Below are positions 1 to 10,856 of a stretch of 64,000 bases of DNA, piece after piece. The DNA comes from a virus (lineage: Duplodnaviria > Caudoviricetes), in IMG/VR virus record IMGVR_UViG_3300042013_000103. The stretch is one strand, 5' to 3'. Made by a program: the position numbers and the translations under genes. Within the stretch, counting starts at the first letter, position 1. Each line of letters starts with the position of its first letter. The notes below the pieces were generated by a model. It was not told the DNA's origin. It saw only the letters and a list, made by a program, of their open reading frames with translations, and searched no databases.

Positions 1-81
1 GCGAATCGAACGTGCCATGCGAATTACCCCTTTGGGTTGTCTGTGATAATCGCAGCCAAACTTGGTGGTATACGGGCATAC

Positions 82-267
82 TTACTCCCATTCTTCTCGG
101 TCAGCAATCTCTTGCGCGTTATCACGCAGAGCTTTACGTTGTTCCAAGGTGAAGGACAGCCACATGGTTTTCAACGGATCGTTGATGTAGTTGCGCCAGT
201 TGTGTACCCGGCCCCCGTCTAGCCAGTTCGGATGAACCCACTCCGGGAGCTCGCCGTACTTATCCAT
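82..267 (-). CDS. small hypothetical phage protein
   Basis: 61-aa ORF in a minus-strand chain; HNWRNYI..W pattern; codon bias fits coding. Confidence 0.65.
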   Translation of the reverse strand: MDKYGELPEWVHPNWLDGGRVHNWRNYINDPLKTMWLSFTLEQRKALRDNAQEIADREEWE

Positions 268-424
268 CACTGGACCAGCGTGTTGGACGGTCCAAAAAGG
301 CTTTCAGTTTGGCCGTTTGTTCCGGTGTGGGTTCGGCTTCCACGATTTCAGTGATCCGATCAAATGCAGCATCGGACACCAGGATCTTTTCCGGGATCAA
401 CCCGGCCAGTTCGGTATCAGGCAT
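260..424 (-). CDS. 54-aa orphan protein resembling the C-terminal toxin-binding half of TacA/DUF1778 antitoxins
   Basis: Missing from ORF track (<60 aa). GGAG SD, ATG at 424, TAA at 260-262; MPDTELAGLIPEKILVSDAAFDRITEIVEAEPTPEQTAKLKAFLDRPTRWSSDG. ORF well supported, family call by eye. Confidence 0.6.
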   Translation of the reverse strand: MPDTELAGLIPEKILVSDAAFDRITEIVEAEPTPEQTAKLKAFLDRPTRWSSDG

Positions 425-433
425 GATTAACTC

Positions 434-778
434 CTAAGTGTTAACTTGGGCGTAAAGTTCAGAACACAGGCTGACCAGATAGACCGCTTTGCCGTCAGCG
501 TCATGTTCCAAGCCATTGGGGTGGTTGCCAGGGTAGAACGGAATGAAGTTCCCTGCGCCATCGGTTAAACGAAACTTGGCATCGGCCCCGTCCCGTGAGT
601 CGGTTAGCGACAGCATGATGTTGAGCCCCATTGTCATGCCTTGTTCGTAGAACGACAGTTCCCGTGCGGACCAACCAAATTGTTCCGCCACACCGGCTTG
701 AAATTCCATTCGTTGCTTACGCCATTCTCGAATGTCATCGATAAGGGCTTGACGGGTTTCGTCACTTGCCGGGGTCAT
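434..778 (-). CDS. hypothetical protein
   Basis: Start revised to ATG 778 (GAGGT SD, ATGA overlap with upstream stop). Confidence 0.7.
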   Translation of the reverse strand: MTPASDETRQALIDDIREWRKQRMEFQAGVAEQFGWSARELSFYEQGMTMGLNIMLSLTDSRDGADAKFRLTDGAGNFIPFYPGNHPNGLEHDADGKAVYLVSLCSELYAQVNT

Positions 779-1071
779 GGATGTGTCACCTCGATGGGGT
801 TGTCCAGGTGTAGCTGGATGTGTCGATCGCTCCAACCCAGGGCTTTGAGGCGCCGGGTTTCAGTGGCGGTGTTGATGCGGCTCAACAGGACTTTGTCCGC
901 GTCATCGTAAACACCCTTCTTGCTCAACAGATACGCCACGTCCGCCACTGTGGGTTCGTTGTTCGGGTTGGGGTCTATGCGCGTATGTAGTGCTTGGCGC
1001 CATTCCTCTTCCGTCCCTTTGAACTTACATTGCACTGCGGCTTCATAAGCCGACTTGCCGACATCGGTCAT
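775..1071 (-). CDS. hypothetical protein with SAYE..GTEEEW motif
   Basis: Start revised to ATG 1071 (AGGAG SD, ATGA overlap); KSAYEAAVQCKFKGTEEEW. Confidence 0.7.
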   Translation of the reverse strand: MTDVGKSAYEAAVQCKFKGTEEEWRQALHTRIDPNPNNEPTVADVAYLLSKKGVYDDADKVLLSRINTATETRRLKALGWSDRHIQLHLDNPIEVTHP

Positions 1072-1368
1072 AAGTAGAAACTCCTGTCGTCTTTCGGACG
1101 GTCCCGATACGGCAACCAGCTGGACGGTACGTTGTGAGGGAAATGGCGCATGTGCGAGATCTCGTGGGAGCGTACGTAGAACCCACATTCGGTCTGTCGG
1201 TCCTCGTGTGTCACCACATACGCCATGTGCCCTCCGACAGTGCGGGTTTTATGTGCTTCCTTGATGATCAACTTGTCGCCGAACCAACAAAACACCCCGC
1301 CCGGTGAATGGTCATTGGGTCCTTCCGCGATTAGGCGAATGGCGTAGACCGTGTCTTTCACTTGGAAA

Positions 1369-1382
<14 letters not shown>
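1068..1382 (-). CDS. hypothetical protein
   Basis: 104-aa ORF translationally coupled to the downstream gene. Confidence 0.65.
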
Positions 1383-3900
<2,518 letters not shown>

Positions 3901-3915
3901 GCTTGACTCCGGGGG

Positions 3916-4545
3916 TTAAATGACACCACTAAACTCCGAAGACGGGAGTGCACTGGCTTTCACCTCGGCACACTCGATGTTAAATGCCTTGCGGAGGATG
4001 TCCATGGAAAGGTTTTCCCGCAGGTCCGGTCCAAACTGAGTCACCCGAATGTCCTCGGTGACCGACGCTTGGGCGCATTTCAACAACGCCCGTTGTGTGT
4101 CGGTCAGTCCGTAAGGGGTGGCCTTGAAGAAGCGATGACTGGGTATGTGGTTCGCGCGTTCAGTGGAAATCACCACCGAACCTTCTGTCGTTCCCCGGAT
4201 GTCCCAGGTCAACCCACTGTTGGTGATGTGTATCACCGAACCGCTCTTCGAGATGAAATGGAACTCGAAGTTGGGACACTCTGCCTGGAGGTCGTGGAGA
4301 CGCGTTAACACCTTAGGGTTCCGGTAGTGGATCATTTCCCCGATCGCGCCTCCTACGCTGCTCAGGAGGGCTGGACCACCCCGTAATACCACCCAATCTA
4401 TGTCAAAACTCCAATCGCGCTGTTTGTTCGGGTGCGGGAGCACAAAGTCCATCAACGTCGTCTTGATCAACATGAACTTGACGGGGGCGTTGAGGTCTTC
4501 ACACAATAAGAACCCATCCTCGGTTTTTAACAAAAAAGAAATCAT
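3916..4545 (-). CDS. hypothetical protein (possible degenerate Ntn-fold)
   Basis: 209-aa ORF; second ATG (4545) has better GAGG spacing. Confidence 0.6.
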   Translation of the reverse strand: MISFLLKTEDGFLLCEDLNAPVKFMLIKTTLMDFVLPHPNKQRDWSFDIDWVVLRGGPALLSSVGGAIGEMIHYRNPKVLTRLHDLQAECPNFEFHFISKSGSVIHITNSGLTWDIRGTTEGSVVISTERANHIPSHRFFKATPYGLTDTQRALLKCAQASVTEDIRVTQFGPDLRENLSMDILRKAFNIECAEVKASALPSSEFSGVI

Positions 4546-4560
4546 ACCCATGCCTCATAA

Positions 4561-4580
4561 AGCTTCCCCGAAGGGAAGCT
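4561..4580 (-). terminator. intrinsic terminator hairpin (UUCG loop)
   Basis: AGCTTCCC-TTCG-GGGAAGCT followed by TTATG on the minus strand. Confidence 0.75.
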
Positions 4581-4585
4581 AGGGA

Positions 4586-5119
4586 TTAGAATTCGAAGCC
4601 CCGTACTCGGTCAAAGAGTTTGGTGGTTTCCGGGGGACCGAGCAGCGTGTCGTTATCCGTGGTTTTGAGGGCATCATCCCGCAACAGTTCTTCACGACGC
4701 TTCAGCTCTTGGCGAATGAGCGCACAAGCGGACAGGGTGGGCAGATCCAACGTGTCCCAGAACACCCAGTAGTTACTGAACCCGTGGCGGTTGCTCCACA
4801 CCCCATGGGGCAGGCGTAAACAAATCCAACCGTCCAAGGCGTCCACCAACCCCACCAACTTCGACAGGTTACCGTCACTGACTTGCCCCACCATTTCTCG
4901 CAACAGGCCTTGGGCTTCTGGGTTGGCGGTGATTGAATCGCTTCCCACAATGGTGATGCTTAACACATCGAACGCATTACCTGCCACCAACCAAGTATAG
5001 TCACTGGGTTTAATGGGGGTGAAGTGTAGAAAGAATCGCGCTACTGCTGGATCCACCCAATGCAGTTCTTCGGTAGCTGACACCAAAATGCGGTGTTGCA
5101 CCGGGTTTAGAGTTACCAT
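4586..5119 (-). CDS. hypothetical protein
   Basis: 177-aa ORF in the minus-strand chain. Confidence 0.7.
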   Translation of the reverse strand: MVTLNPVQHRILVSATEELHWVDPAVARFFLHFTPIKPSDYTWLVAGNAFDVLSITIVGSDSITANPEAQGLLREMVGQVSDGNLSKLVGLVDALDGWICLRLPHGVWSNRHGFSNYWVFWDTLDLPTLSACALIRQELKRREELLRDDALKTTDNDTLLGPPETTKLFDRVRGFEF

Positions 5120-5199
5120 AACGTGGGCCTCGTGTAAGGTGCCGCTTCATCGGCTTTGAATTTGATATAACCGCGAGACGCAGTCCATCAAAACACCTA

Positions 5200-5460
5200 T
5201 TAGTTGTTGACTGTGTTGAACAGCCGCAAGGAAAACTTTAGTGATCCGCCGGTAGGCAGCACCAACTCATTCACGCAGTCTTTGTCCACCACGTGAACTT
5301 CCAAGGAAGCCAACGCGTGAAAAGCCAGTTGCACGCCTGTGGCGACACCTGCGTCGTATGCGTTTTCTTCCGATTCACTCGCCGCGGTGTTTTTTGCCAC
5401 GTACGCTTCAGTGGCTGCGTACTGTAAACTTTTGAGTAACACTTGGAGATCAATGTTCAT
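5200..5460 (-). CDS. small helical hypothetical protein
   Basis: 86 aa; AYDAGVATGVQL resembles the 25225/25557 pair. Confidence 0.65.
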   Translation of the reverse strand: MNIDLQVLLKSLQYAATEAYVAKNTAASESEENAYDAGVATGVQLAFHALASLEVHVVDKDCVNELVLPTGGSLKFSLRLFNTVNN

Positions 5461-5503
5461 CAGTTCACCTTCTTCAGTGGAGGACGTACCTGGCCGGTTT
5501 AGG

Positions 5504-6133
5504 TTATACCCGTGGCGTGATGATCTCTGCGCCTTGGTTCAAATACTTGCCACCTCGGTCGGCGTAAGAGGTTTCGCATTCTTGATCCAACCGATGGAAG
5601 ACCAGTTGCAAACACCCTTCATTGGCGTAGAACCGGTTGGTGCGGCAGGTGGTGTTCTGGAACTCCAGGGTTACGTAACCTGGCCATCCGCATTCCAGTG
5701 GGGTGCACAAGCAATTCCAGCCCGCCCGGGCGATGGTCGACTTACCGATGCACACCGCCAACACGTCACGGGGCATGGCAATGCGTTCCACGCTGCGGGT
5801 CAGCAGAAAGCCACCCGGAGGGACGTCGATGTAATCCCCGAAGTGATCCGAGAACATCTCCGCGGGAATGTTTTTGTAATCGATGATCGACTGTTCCGGT
5901 TCATGCCCGGTGAACAACCACTGCAGTCGCTGCCAGAAGGTCAGCTTGGTCGGAGGGATGAATAATTTAAACTCACCCGCCGCCCGGATGTCGTACCCAC
6001 CGGACGACAGGCCGTAGGACGCAATCTTCTTACCGGTAGGGTCGACTTTAACGGATTGCCCAACAAAGGGCGAAATCATGGGGTTTTCACCCGTGCACAA
6101 GTCACGAATGGTTTTGTCGGACAATACGCTCAT
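5504..6133 (-). CDS. dcd: dCTP deaminase
   Basis: MSVLSDK, YGLSSGGYDIR, GKSTIARAG, TPLECGWPGYVTLE, ANEG, SYADRGGKY. Confidence 0.95.
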   Translation of the reverse strand: MSVLSDKTIRDLCTGENPMISPFVGQSVKVDPTGKKIASYGLSSGGYDIRAAGEFKLFIPPTKLTFWQRLQWLFTGHEPEQSIIDYKNIPAEMFSDHFGDYIDVPPGGFLLTRSVERIAMPRDVLAVCIGKSTIARAGWNCLCTPLECGWPGYVTLEFQNTTCRTNRFYANEGCLQLVFHRLDQECETSYADRGGKYLNQGAEIITPRV

Positions 6134-6196
6134 TTCAAACCTGCTTATAAAGGAAAGGACTCTAACAGAATAGGGACTTCCGTAGAATTACGTGGC

Positions 6197-6655
6197 TTAT
6201 TGGCCTGTCGCAAGAAAGATCATGTCCAAGGACCGGTTGACCGCATCGGGACCGTTGGCAACCAACAGATGATGACTGCTCAGGCCCGAATTGGCAGGGA
6301 TGCCAGCGGGGTCGGTCAGTTGTTCCACGGTGCCCGTGATAAAGAAGCACCGTCCGTGCATGGGGGACAGTCGCAATGCATCCACCACTGCTTGGGTACA
6401 AGGGAACACCACGTGGGTATCGTGTACCTTATCGGCTTCGGCCAAAATGTCAGTCACCCCTTCCACGTAATCCACAAAGTGAATCCGCGGATCGTTTTCT
6501 TTGACGTAGGTCCCAGGACAAGCCACGATCAACGACGTGATGGGGCGTTGCTCAATCGGCGGAAACGGTGATGCACAAGCTGACGCATTCATTTCAACAT
6601 CCTTAAAATTCAGTGAGTCGAGGGTCACGGGGGTCATGAATCTGTCGCCAGTCAA
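6197..6655 (-). CDS. hypothetical protein
   Basis: 152-aa ORF; start uncertain. Confidence 0.6.
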   Translation of the reverse strand: MTGDRFMTPVTLDSLNFKDVEMNASACASPFPPIEQRPITSLIVACPGTYVKENDPRIHFVDYVEGVTDILAEADKVHDTHVVFPCTQAVVDALRLSPMHGRCFFITGTVEQLTDPAGIPANSGLSSHHLLVANGPDAVNRSLDMIFLATGQ

Positions 6656-7280
6656 TCTCCTCGTAAGGTTCCTCGGATTCGTTGGCTTTTAACCAATCGT
6701 CGAGTAAACGAATGGAGTCCTCAAAGTACAGGTTTACCCGTACAGGCACCCCTGCGTCGACTGCCAGCCTGACGGCGGTGTTAGTGCCGCCGTGGACGCG
6801 TTCGTTCTCACGCTTACCGATGGGTTCAGCGTAATACCAAAGCTCTTTAACGAGCTCCTGGAGCGTGTGACCGTGTATCTGAAAGGCATTTCGTGTGTGT
6901 TGCCGAATACCCCACTCCCCTAAGCCACCCCAACCGCCACGCGCAAGGCTGGCCAACGCGCGTGCAGTGCTGTAGGTGTCTTCGAAAGCCAGGGCATCGT
7001 AGAAGAACGGCATGTCCTTGACCCGACGACGGTTGTTGCCGTCTTCCGCTAGGTAAATGCGTGCTCCGATTTCGTTGCAGCGTTCCGATTGTTTCGCCCC
7101 GTACCAAAAAGCACGGTCAGACCCGTACGCGTCGCCCGATGACCACGCATACCCCAGGTCGGTTTTGGTCCGACCCAACCGGATCATGTATTCAAGGATG
7201 TGCTCGGGGACTTTTCGGGAACCAACCCCGGCGACGTAGCCGAGGAACGGGCTGTCTGGTTCGATGAGTTCGGTTGCCAT
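6603..7280 (-). CDS. SLOG-superfamily (DprA/SMF-like) nucleotide-binding protein
   Basis: AGVGSRK, SSGDAYGSD (SGxAxGxD), GGTNTAVRLA motifs. Confidence 0.7.
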   Translation of the reverse strand: MATELIEPDSPFLGYVAGVGSRKVPEHILEYMIRLGRTKTDLGYAWSSGDAYGSDRAFWYGAKQSERCNEIGARIYLAEDGNNRRRVKDMPFFYDALAFEDTYSTARALASLARGGWGGLGEWGIRQHTRNAFQIHGHTLQELVKELWYYAEPIGKRENERVHGGTNTAVRLAVDAGVPVRVNLYFEDSIRLLDDWLKANESEEPYEEIDWRQIHDPRDPRLTEF

Positions 7281-7588
7281 GGGCGAGTAGCCTCCACGTA
7301 CATTTTGGTGTTGCCTTTGCTGTCCAGCTGGAGTTGGATATCGCCCCAGCCTTCTTGACGCATCAGCTTCTTAAACTGGATGGTTTGTTCCATGGTCAGT
7401 TTACGCGGCATCAACATCTCGAATGACCAGACCTCCAGTTGGTGAGCGTTGTTGCGCGTCACCTTCACCAGCGACTGCCGGTACTCGACGTTGGACATGG
7501 CAGTGTTAAAGAACCGTACCCACGTGTCGAGTTGGTTGATCACGATGGGTTCCACGGGCATCGCACTGAACGGGATCAACGTTTCCAT
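7184..7588 (-). CDS. hypothetical protein
   Basis: Start revised to ATG 7588 (TAATG overlap); C-terminal tail overlaps the next gene. Confidence 0.6.
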   Translation of the reverse strand: METLIPFSAMPVEPIVINQLDTWVRFFNTAMSNVEYRQSLVKVTRNNAHQLEVWSFEMLMPRKLTMEQTIQFKKLMRQEGWGDIQLQLDSKGNTKMYVEATRPWQPNSSNQTARSSATSPGLVPEKSPSTSLNT

Positions 7589-7995
7589 TAACGAGTCTCC
7601 ATGGGAATCCAGTACACCTGACGGTCCACCGTCGAACGCATCGGACGGTACCGATGTCCGTAGATGGACATGTTGGACCAAGGGTTACCGTTTTCTTTCG
7701 CGTTGGTGAACTCCAACGACACGGACTCGGCCGAGACGTAACCCTCCACTTGGGCCTGGGGCAACAGCTTAGCGATGAACGCGTTTAACTCGTAACGGTC
7801 CATCGGTTGCAGGACGTTGTAGGTCGAGCCCACCAACACGTTGCGCAGGACGTAGAACTTGTTACCCTTCAAGTCCAAGTAACTGAGCTTGACCATAGGC
7901 AGGTTCATTTCCAGGTCAATAGCTGACAGAAAAATACGTCGATCGCTGTGGTGTTTGATGTAGCGCTCTTCCTTTAGCGGAATGTGCTTTTGCAT
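7588..7995 (-). CDS. hypothetical protein
   Basis: 135-aa ORF, GAGG SD. Confidence 0.7.
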   Translation of the reverse strand: MQKHIPLKEERYIKHHSDRRIFLSAIDLEMNLPMVKLSYLDLKGNKFYVLRNVLVGSTYNVLQPMDRYELNAFIAKLLPQAQVEGYVSAESVSLEFTNAKENGNPWSNMSIYGHRYRPMRSTVDRQVYWIPMETR

Positions 7996-8012
7996 TGTTA
8001 ACCTCTGGTTGC

Positions 8013-8489
8013 TTAGAAGCCGAAGACGATGCGTTCCACGCCTTGGTCTTTCAGCTCTTGCATGTATTCGATGAATGGGTTGCCGACGTAATCACGGATG
8101 GTGATCTGCTCTTTGCAATCCCGGTACACTCGATCGAAATCGTAGTCCAGGATTTCCGAGAGCAACAGCCAACTGTTTTCGTTGTTGTCTTCGTCCAGAC
8201 AATACCCGTGCTTACCTGGAACCGGCGCGGGGACCACCAAGTCGTCCGGTAAGCCGCGGCAATTGGATGGGCCGATCTCCTTGTACCGCAGGAAATCAAA
8301 CGCCCAGCGCCCCATGCGCCCCCGTTTGTGTTGGCGCGGCTCCGTGACCCCGTAAGAGTTTTGATAATAGTACGGACCATTATCGTGCCGTGTTCCCTGA
8401 ATCGGAATATCCAAGGTCACCCAGATCCCGTCCGGGTGTTCTTCATCGACCACTCGACGCTGACCAATGGCTGTTAGGTAGAGTCCCAT
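8013..8489 (-). CDS. hypothetical phage protein
   Basis: RGLPDD...SWLLLSEI..YD pattern resembles a widespread phage family. Confidence 0.7.
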   Translation of the reverse strand: MGLYLTAIGQRRVVDEEHPDGIWVTLDIPIQGTRHDNGPYYYQNSYGVTEPRQHKRGRMGRWAFDFLRYKEIGPSNCRGLPDDLVVPAPVPGKHGYCLDEDNNENSWLLLSEILDYDFDRVYRDCKEQITIRDYVGNPFIEYMQELKDQGVERIVFGF

Positions 8490-8518
8490 ACCATCCCCCT
8501 ATTGAACCATACCGGTCC

Positions 8519-9832
8519 TTAGCTAGCGAAACCAAAAGCGGCTTTCTTGTTCTGGATCGGTTCCGGACGGAAGTTGATCACTTCGGCCAAGGTCACGTCG
8601 TTGGTCGCGAATTCAGCCAGCTCCAGGCCCATCATGGCACGCACGTCGTTGCCCTGCTCGTACGTCATGGTGCCGAACTTCAGAATGTCGAAGCAACGAC
8701 CCGGACGCACCAAGGCTTCATCCACCGAGGCGATGGTAGGCAGGTTGGTGGAGATGATGATCTTCACGTCACGCGACACAATCCCGGCGGTGGTGTTCAG
8801 CAACGCCGACATGGCACTGTTGCCTTCGGTACGTTTCATCACGAGTTTGTCGGAGTCTTCGGTGATCATTACCGAACCCGCTTGGCAATCGCGGATGTAG
8901 TCCGACAGGCCCTGGTGCAACAGCACGTCTTCACGGTCCGCCAAGTGAATCTTCTCGTCCCAGCCACGGGCTTCCATCATCTGCAGAATGAAGTTGGATT
9001 TACCCGTACCCGGAGGACCAATCAACAACATCACATTGGCGTTAGACGCCGCGAACTCGGCCCAGACCTGCGCCGGGGATTTGTTCATGTACGGGTAGAA
9101 CCGGGTGATGTCGCTGTACTCTTTGACCGGCGGAATGGTTTCCACCACCTGGGTCAGTTCGCCTTGCGCGGTCAACCGCAGGCGGGTCAGGAACGCAGTC
9201 GGTTTGGAGTTGGCCAGTTCGTTGAAACCTTTCTCAATGTACTCGGCCAGGGCCGGCACGGCGATCAGGTCCATGCTTGACTTGGTGGCGCTCGAATCCG
9301 GAATCACCAGCGCCCCCAGGATCTGGGTTTCGTTCACGATCAGTCGACCCATCAGCGTACGGATATAACGCAGGCCGATCGGTTTCAACAGCGCGCTGTC
9401 GATCTGCGCGATCAGTGCCTTATCGTGGTCTTCCGGTTTGGCGGCATGGGGCACGTCGGACCTCAGCCCCACCATGGCTTGGTCAAACCCTTTCGATGAA
9501 AAGTAGATCCGCGACACGTCATAAATGTTATCGCCGCGCAGCAGCGCCAGGCACTGGTTCCATTTATTGATTTCTTCCAACAGTGCAGGAGTTGCGGCTT
9601 CAGGCAGAAAATTCATAGTGTTCGTTCCATTTGTGTGGGTAAAGGTAGTGTGTTCGTATTCATCTGGGCGTTTTAAATCGGGTATGTACAAACAACGAAA
9701 GCGGAAGAACCAATCGGTGGTGGTACGAATGTTGAATTCAGCTGAATCGAATACAATCGCTGGGTCCAGGGATCGGGTATCTCGGTTGTCGGTGGGGTAG
9801 TAATCCTTTTTACGGTTAATATCGTGGATCAC
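8519..9832 (-). CDS. AAA+ ATPase (BCS1-like) with an N-terminal RKK-array unit
   Basis: Walker A GPPGTGKS, Walker B ITEDSD, LLNTTAG, ISTN sensor 1, RPGRCFD Arg finger; alternative internal start at 9616 with GGAA SD. Confidence 0.9.
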   Translation of the reverse strand: MIHDINRKKDYYPTDNRDTRSLDPAIVFDSAEFNIRTTTDWFFRFRCLYIPDLKRPDEYEHTTFTHTNGTNTMNFLPEAATPALLEEINKWNQCLALLRGDNIYDVSRIYFSSKGFDQAMVGLRSDVPHAAKPEDHDKALIAQIDSALLKPIGLRYIRTLMGRLIVNETQILGALVIPDSSATKSSMDLIAVPALAEYIEKGFNELANSKPTAFLTRLRLTAQGELTQVVETIPPVKEYSDITRFYPYMNKSPAQVWAEFAASNANVMLLIGPPGTGKSNFILQMMEARGWDEKIHLADREDVLLHQGLSDYIRDCQAGSVMITEDSDKLVMKRTEGNSAMSALLNTTAGIVSRDVKIIISTNLPTIASVDEALVRPGRCFDILKFGTMTYEQGNDVRAMMGLELAEFATNDVTLAEVINFRPEPIQNKKAAFGFAS

Positions 9833-10041
9833 CAGGTTTCCCCGTACCTACGGATGGCCATCGATTCCCGATCGCCCGGCACCAGATAATCGGGTCGGTA
9901 ACATTCCAGCACAGGTCCGTGTTCAACCACCGATTGATGGATGTACCGTTCATCCCCTTTCGACGTGGGAAACATGTCTTGCCGTTGGAAGGTGATTTGT
10001 CGGTACCAGTTCAACCATTTCTTGCGATCAATCGCGTGCAT
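9829..10041 (-). CDS. RKK-array microprotein G (70 aa)
   Basis: GGAGG SD, MHAIDRKK...; start revised from the 10143 ORF call; GTGA overlap with the AAA gene. Confidence 0.75.
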   Translation of the reverse strand: MHAIDRKKWLNWYRQITFQRQDMFPTSKGDERYIHQSVVEHGPVLECYRPDYLVPGDRESMAIRRYGETW

Positions 10042-10241
10042 GGGACCTCCTGCAAGAACGTTGTATAATCCACGGGGTAAGGGCACCACCGGGGAGCAGC
10101 AGGAGCGACACCGTGCTTCTCTGGGTTTTGTGGCTTTCGACAAGGATCACCACCGTGGTTGTAATCGTGTTCCGTGCACAGGTCCTTGTTGGGGTCGTCC
10201 GAACTACGCCAGATGAACCCCTTCTTTCGGTTGTACTCCAT
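10011..10241 (-). CDS. RKK-array microprotein F (76 aa)
   Basis: MEYNRKKGF...NPEKH...YPVDYTTFL. Confidence 0.7.
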   Translation of the reverse strand: MEYNRKKGFIWRSSDDPNKDLCTEHDYNHGGDPCRKPQNPEKHGVAPAAPRWCPYPVDYTTFLQEVPCTRLIARNG

Positions 10242-10434
10242 GGTGCGGCCCTAGGAAAGTTTGATGGTCGTTCGGGTATCGATAGAGGTAAGGTTCAAGT
10301 CGTTGGTGTGCCCACTGCTCCGGATCACAACCGACCTGCTTCTCCTCCATGGGTTTACCCTCATGAAAACTACGCAACCCTTTATGCACCCAGAACCCCC
10401 CGAAACACCGATTCTTTTTACGACAGACGTTCAT
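10204..10434 (-). CDS. RKK-array microprotein E (76 aa)
   Basis: GGAGAAGG SD, ATGA overlap; MNVCRKK...DPEQW...YPNDHQTFL. Confidence 0.7.
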   Translation of the reverse strand: MNVCRKKNRCFGGFWVHKGLRSFHEGKPMEEKQVGCDPEQWAHQRLEPYLYRYPNDHQTFLGPHHGVQPKEGVHLA

Positions 10435-10637
10435 GGTCGATAATCCTTCTCCAGCCTAAACACGGCATTGTTGTCAGGGTAGCCCGTGGGAGTTTCTCGA
10501 AGACACCCATATTCGTCCGGATTATCATTGTCGTCGAATTCACGGGCCGTGCGGGTGCCGTAATCGCACGTACGCGTACGGCTGTCCTTCCACCGACTGT
10601 ATTTCCGGGGATGTTTCTTACGCATGGTATCCAGCAT
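10431..10637 (-). CDS. RKK-array microprotein D (68 aa)
   Basis: GGAG SD; MLDTMRKK...NPDEY...YPDNNAVF. Confidence 0.7.
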   Translation of the reverse strand: MLDTMRKKHPRKYSRWKDSRTRTCDYGTRTAREFDDNDNPDEYGCLRETPTGYPDNNAVFRLEKDYRP

Positions 10638-10640
10638 CGA

Positions 10641-10853
10641 CTAGGTCTCCGGAAGAAAGGTAGTCTGACAGTGGCGGTCATCCCGGCGTAACTTGGTTTC
10701 TTTGTCCTCGAGGATGACCCACTCTTCTTGGTTTTCAGCCAAGTGGCTGTTGTAGTCAGTTACATGGACGGGATCGGCGTGCAAGGTACGTTGTCCATCT
10801 TGCCTAAAGGACCGTCGGGGAAAACCTTTCTTCCGGTAGACGTCTATAATCAA
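10641..10853 (-). CDS. RKK-array microprotein C (70 aa)
   Basis: TTG start; MIIDVYRKKGF...NQEEW...QTTFL. Confidence 0.65.
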   Translation of the reverse strand: MIIDVYRKKGFPRRSFRQDGQRTLHADPVHVTDYNSHLAENQEEWVILEDKETKLRRDDRHCQTTFLPET

Positions 10854-10856
10854 AAC

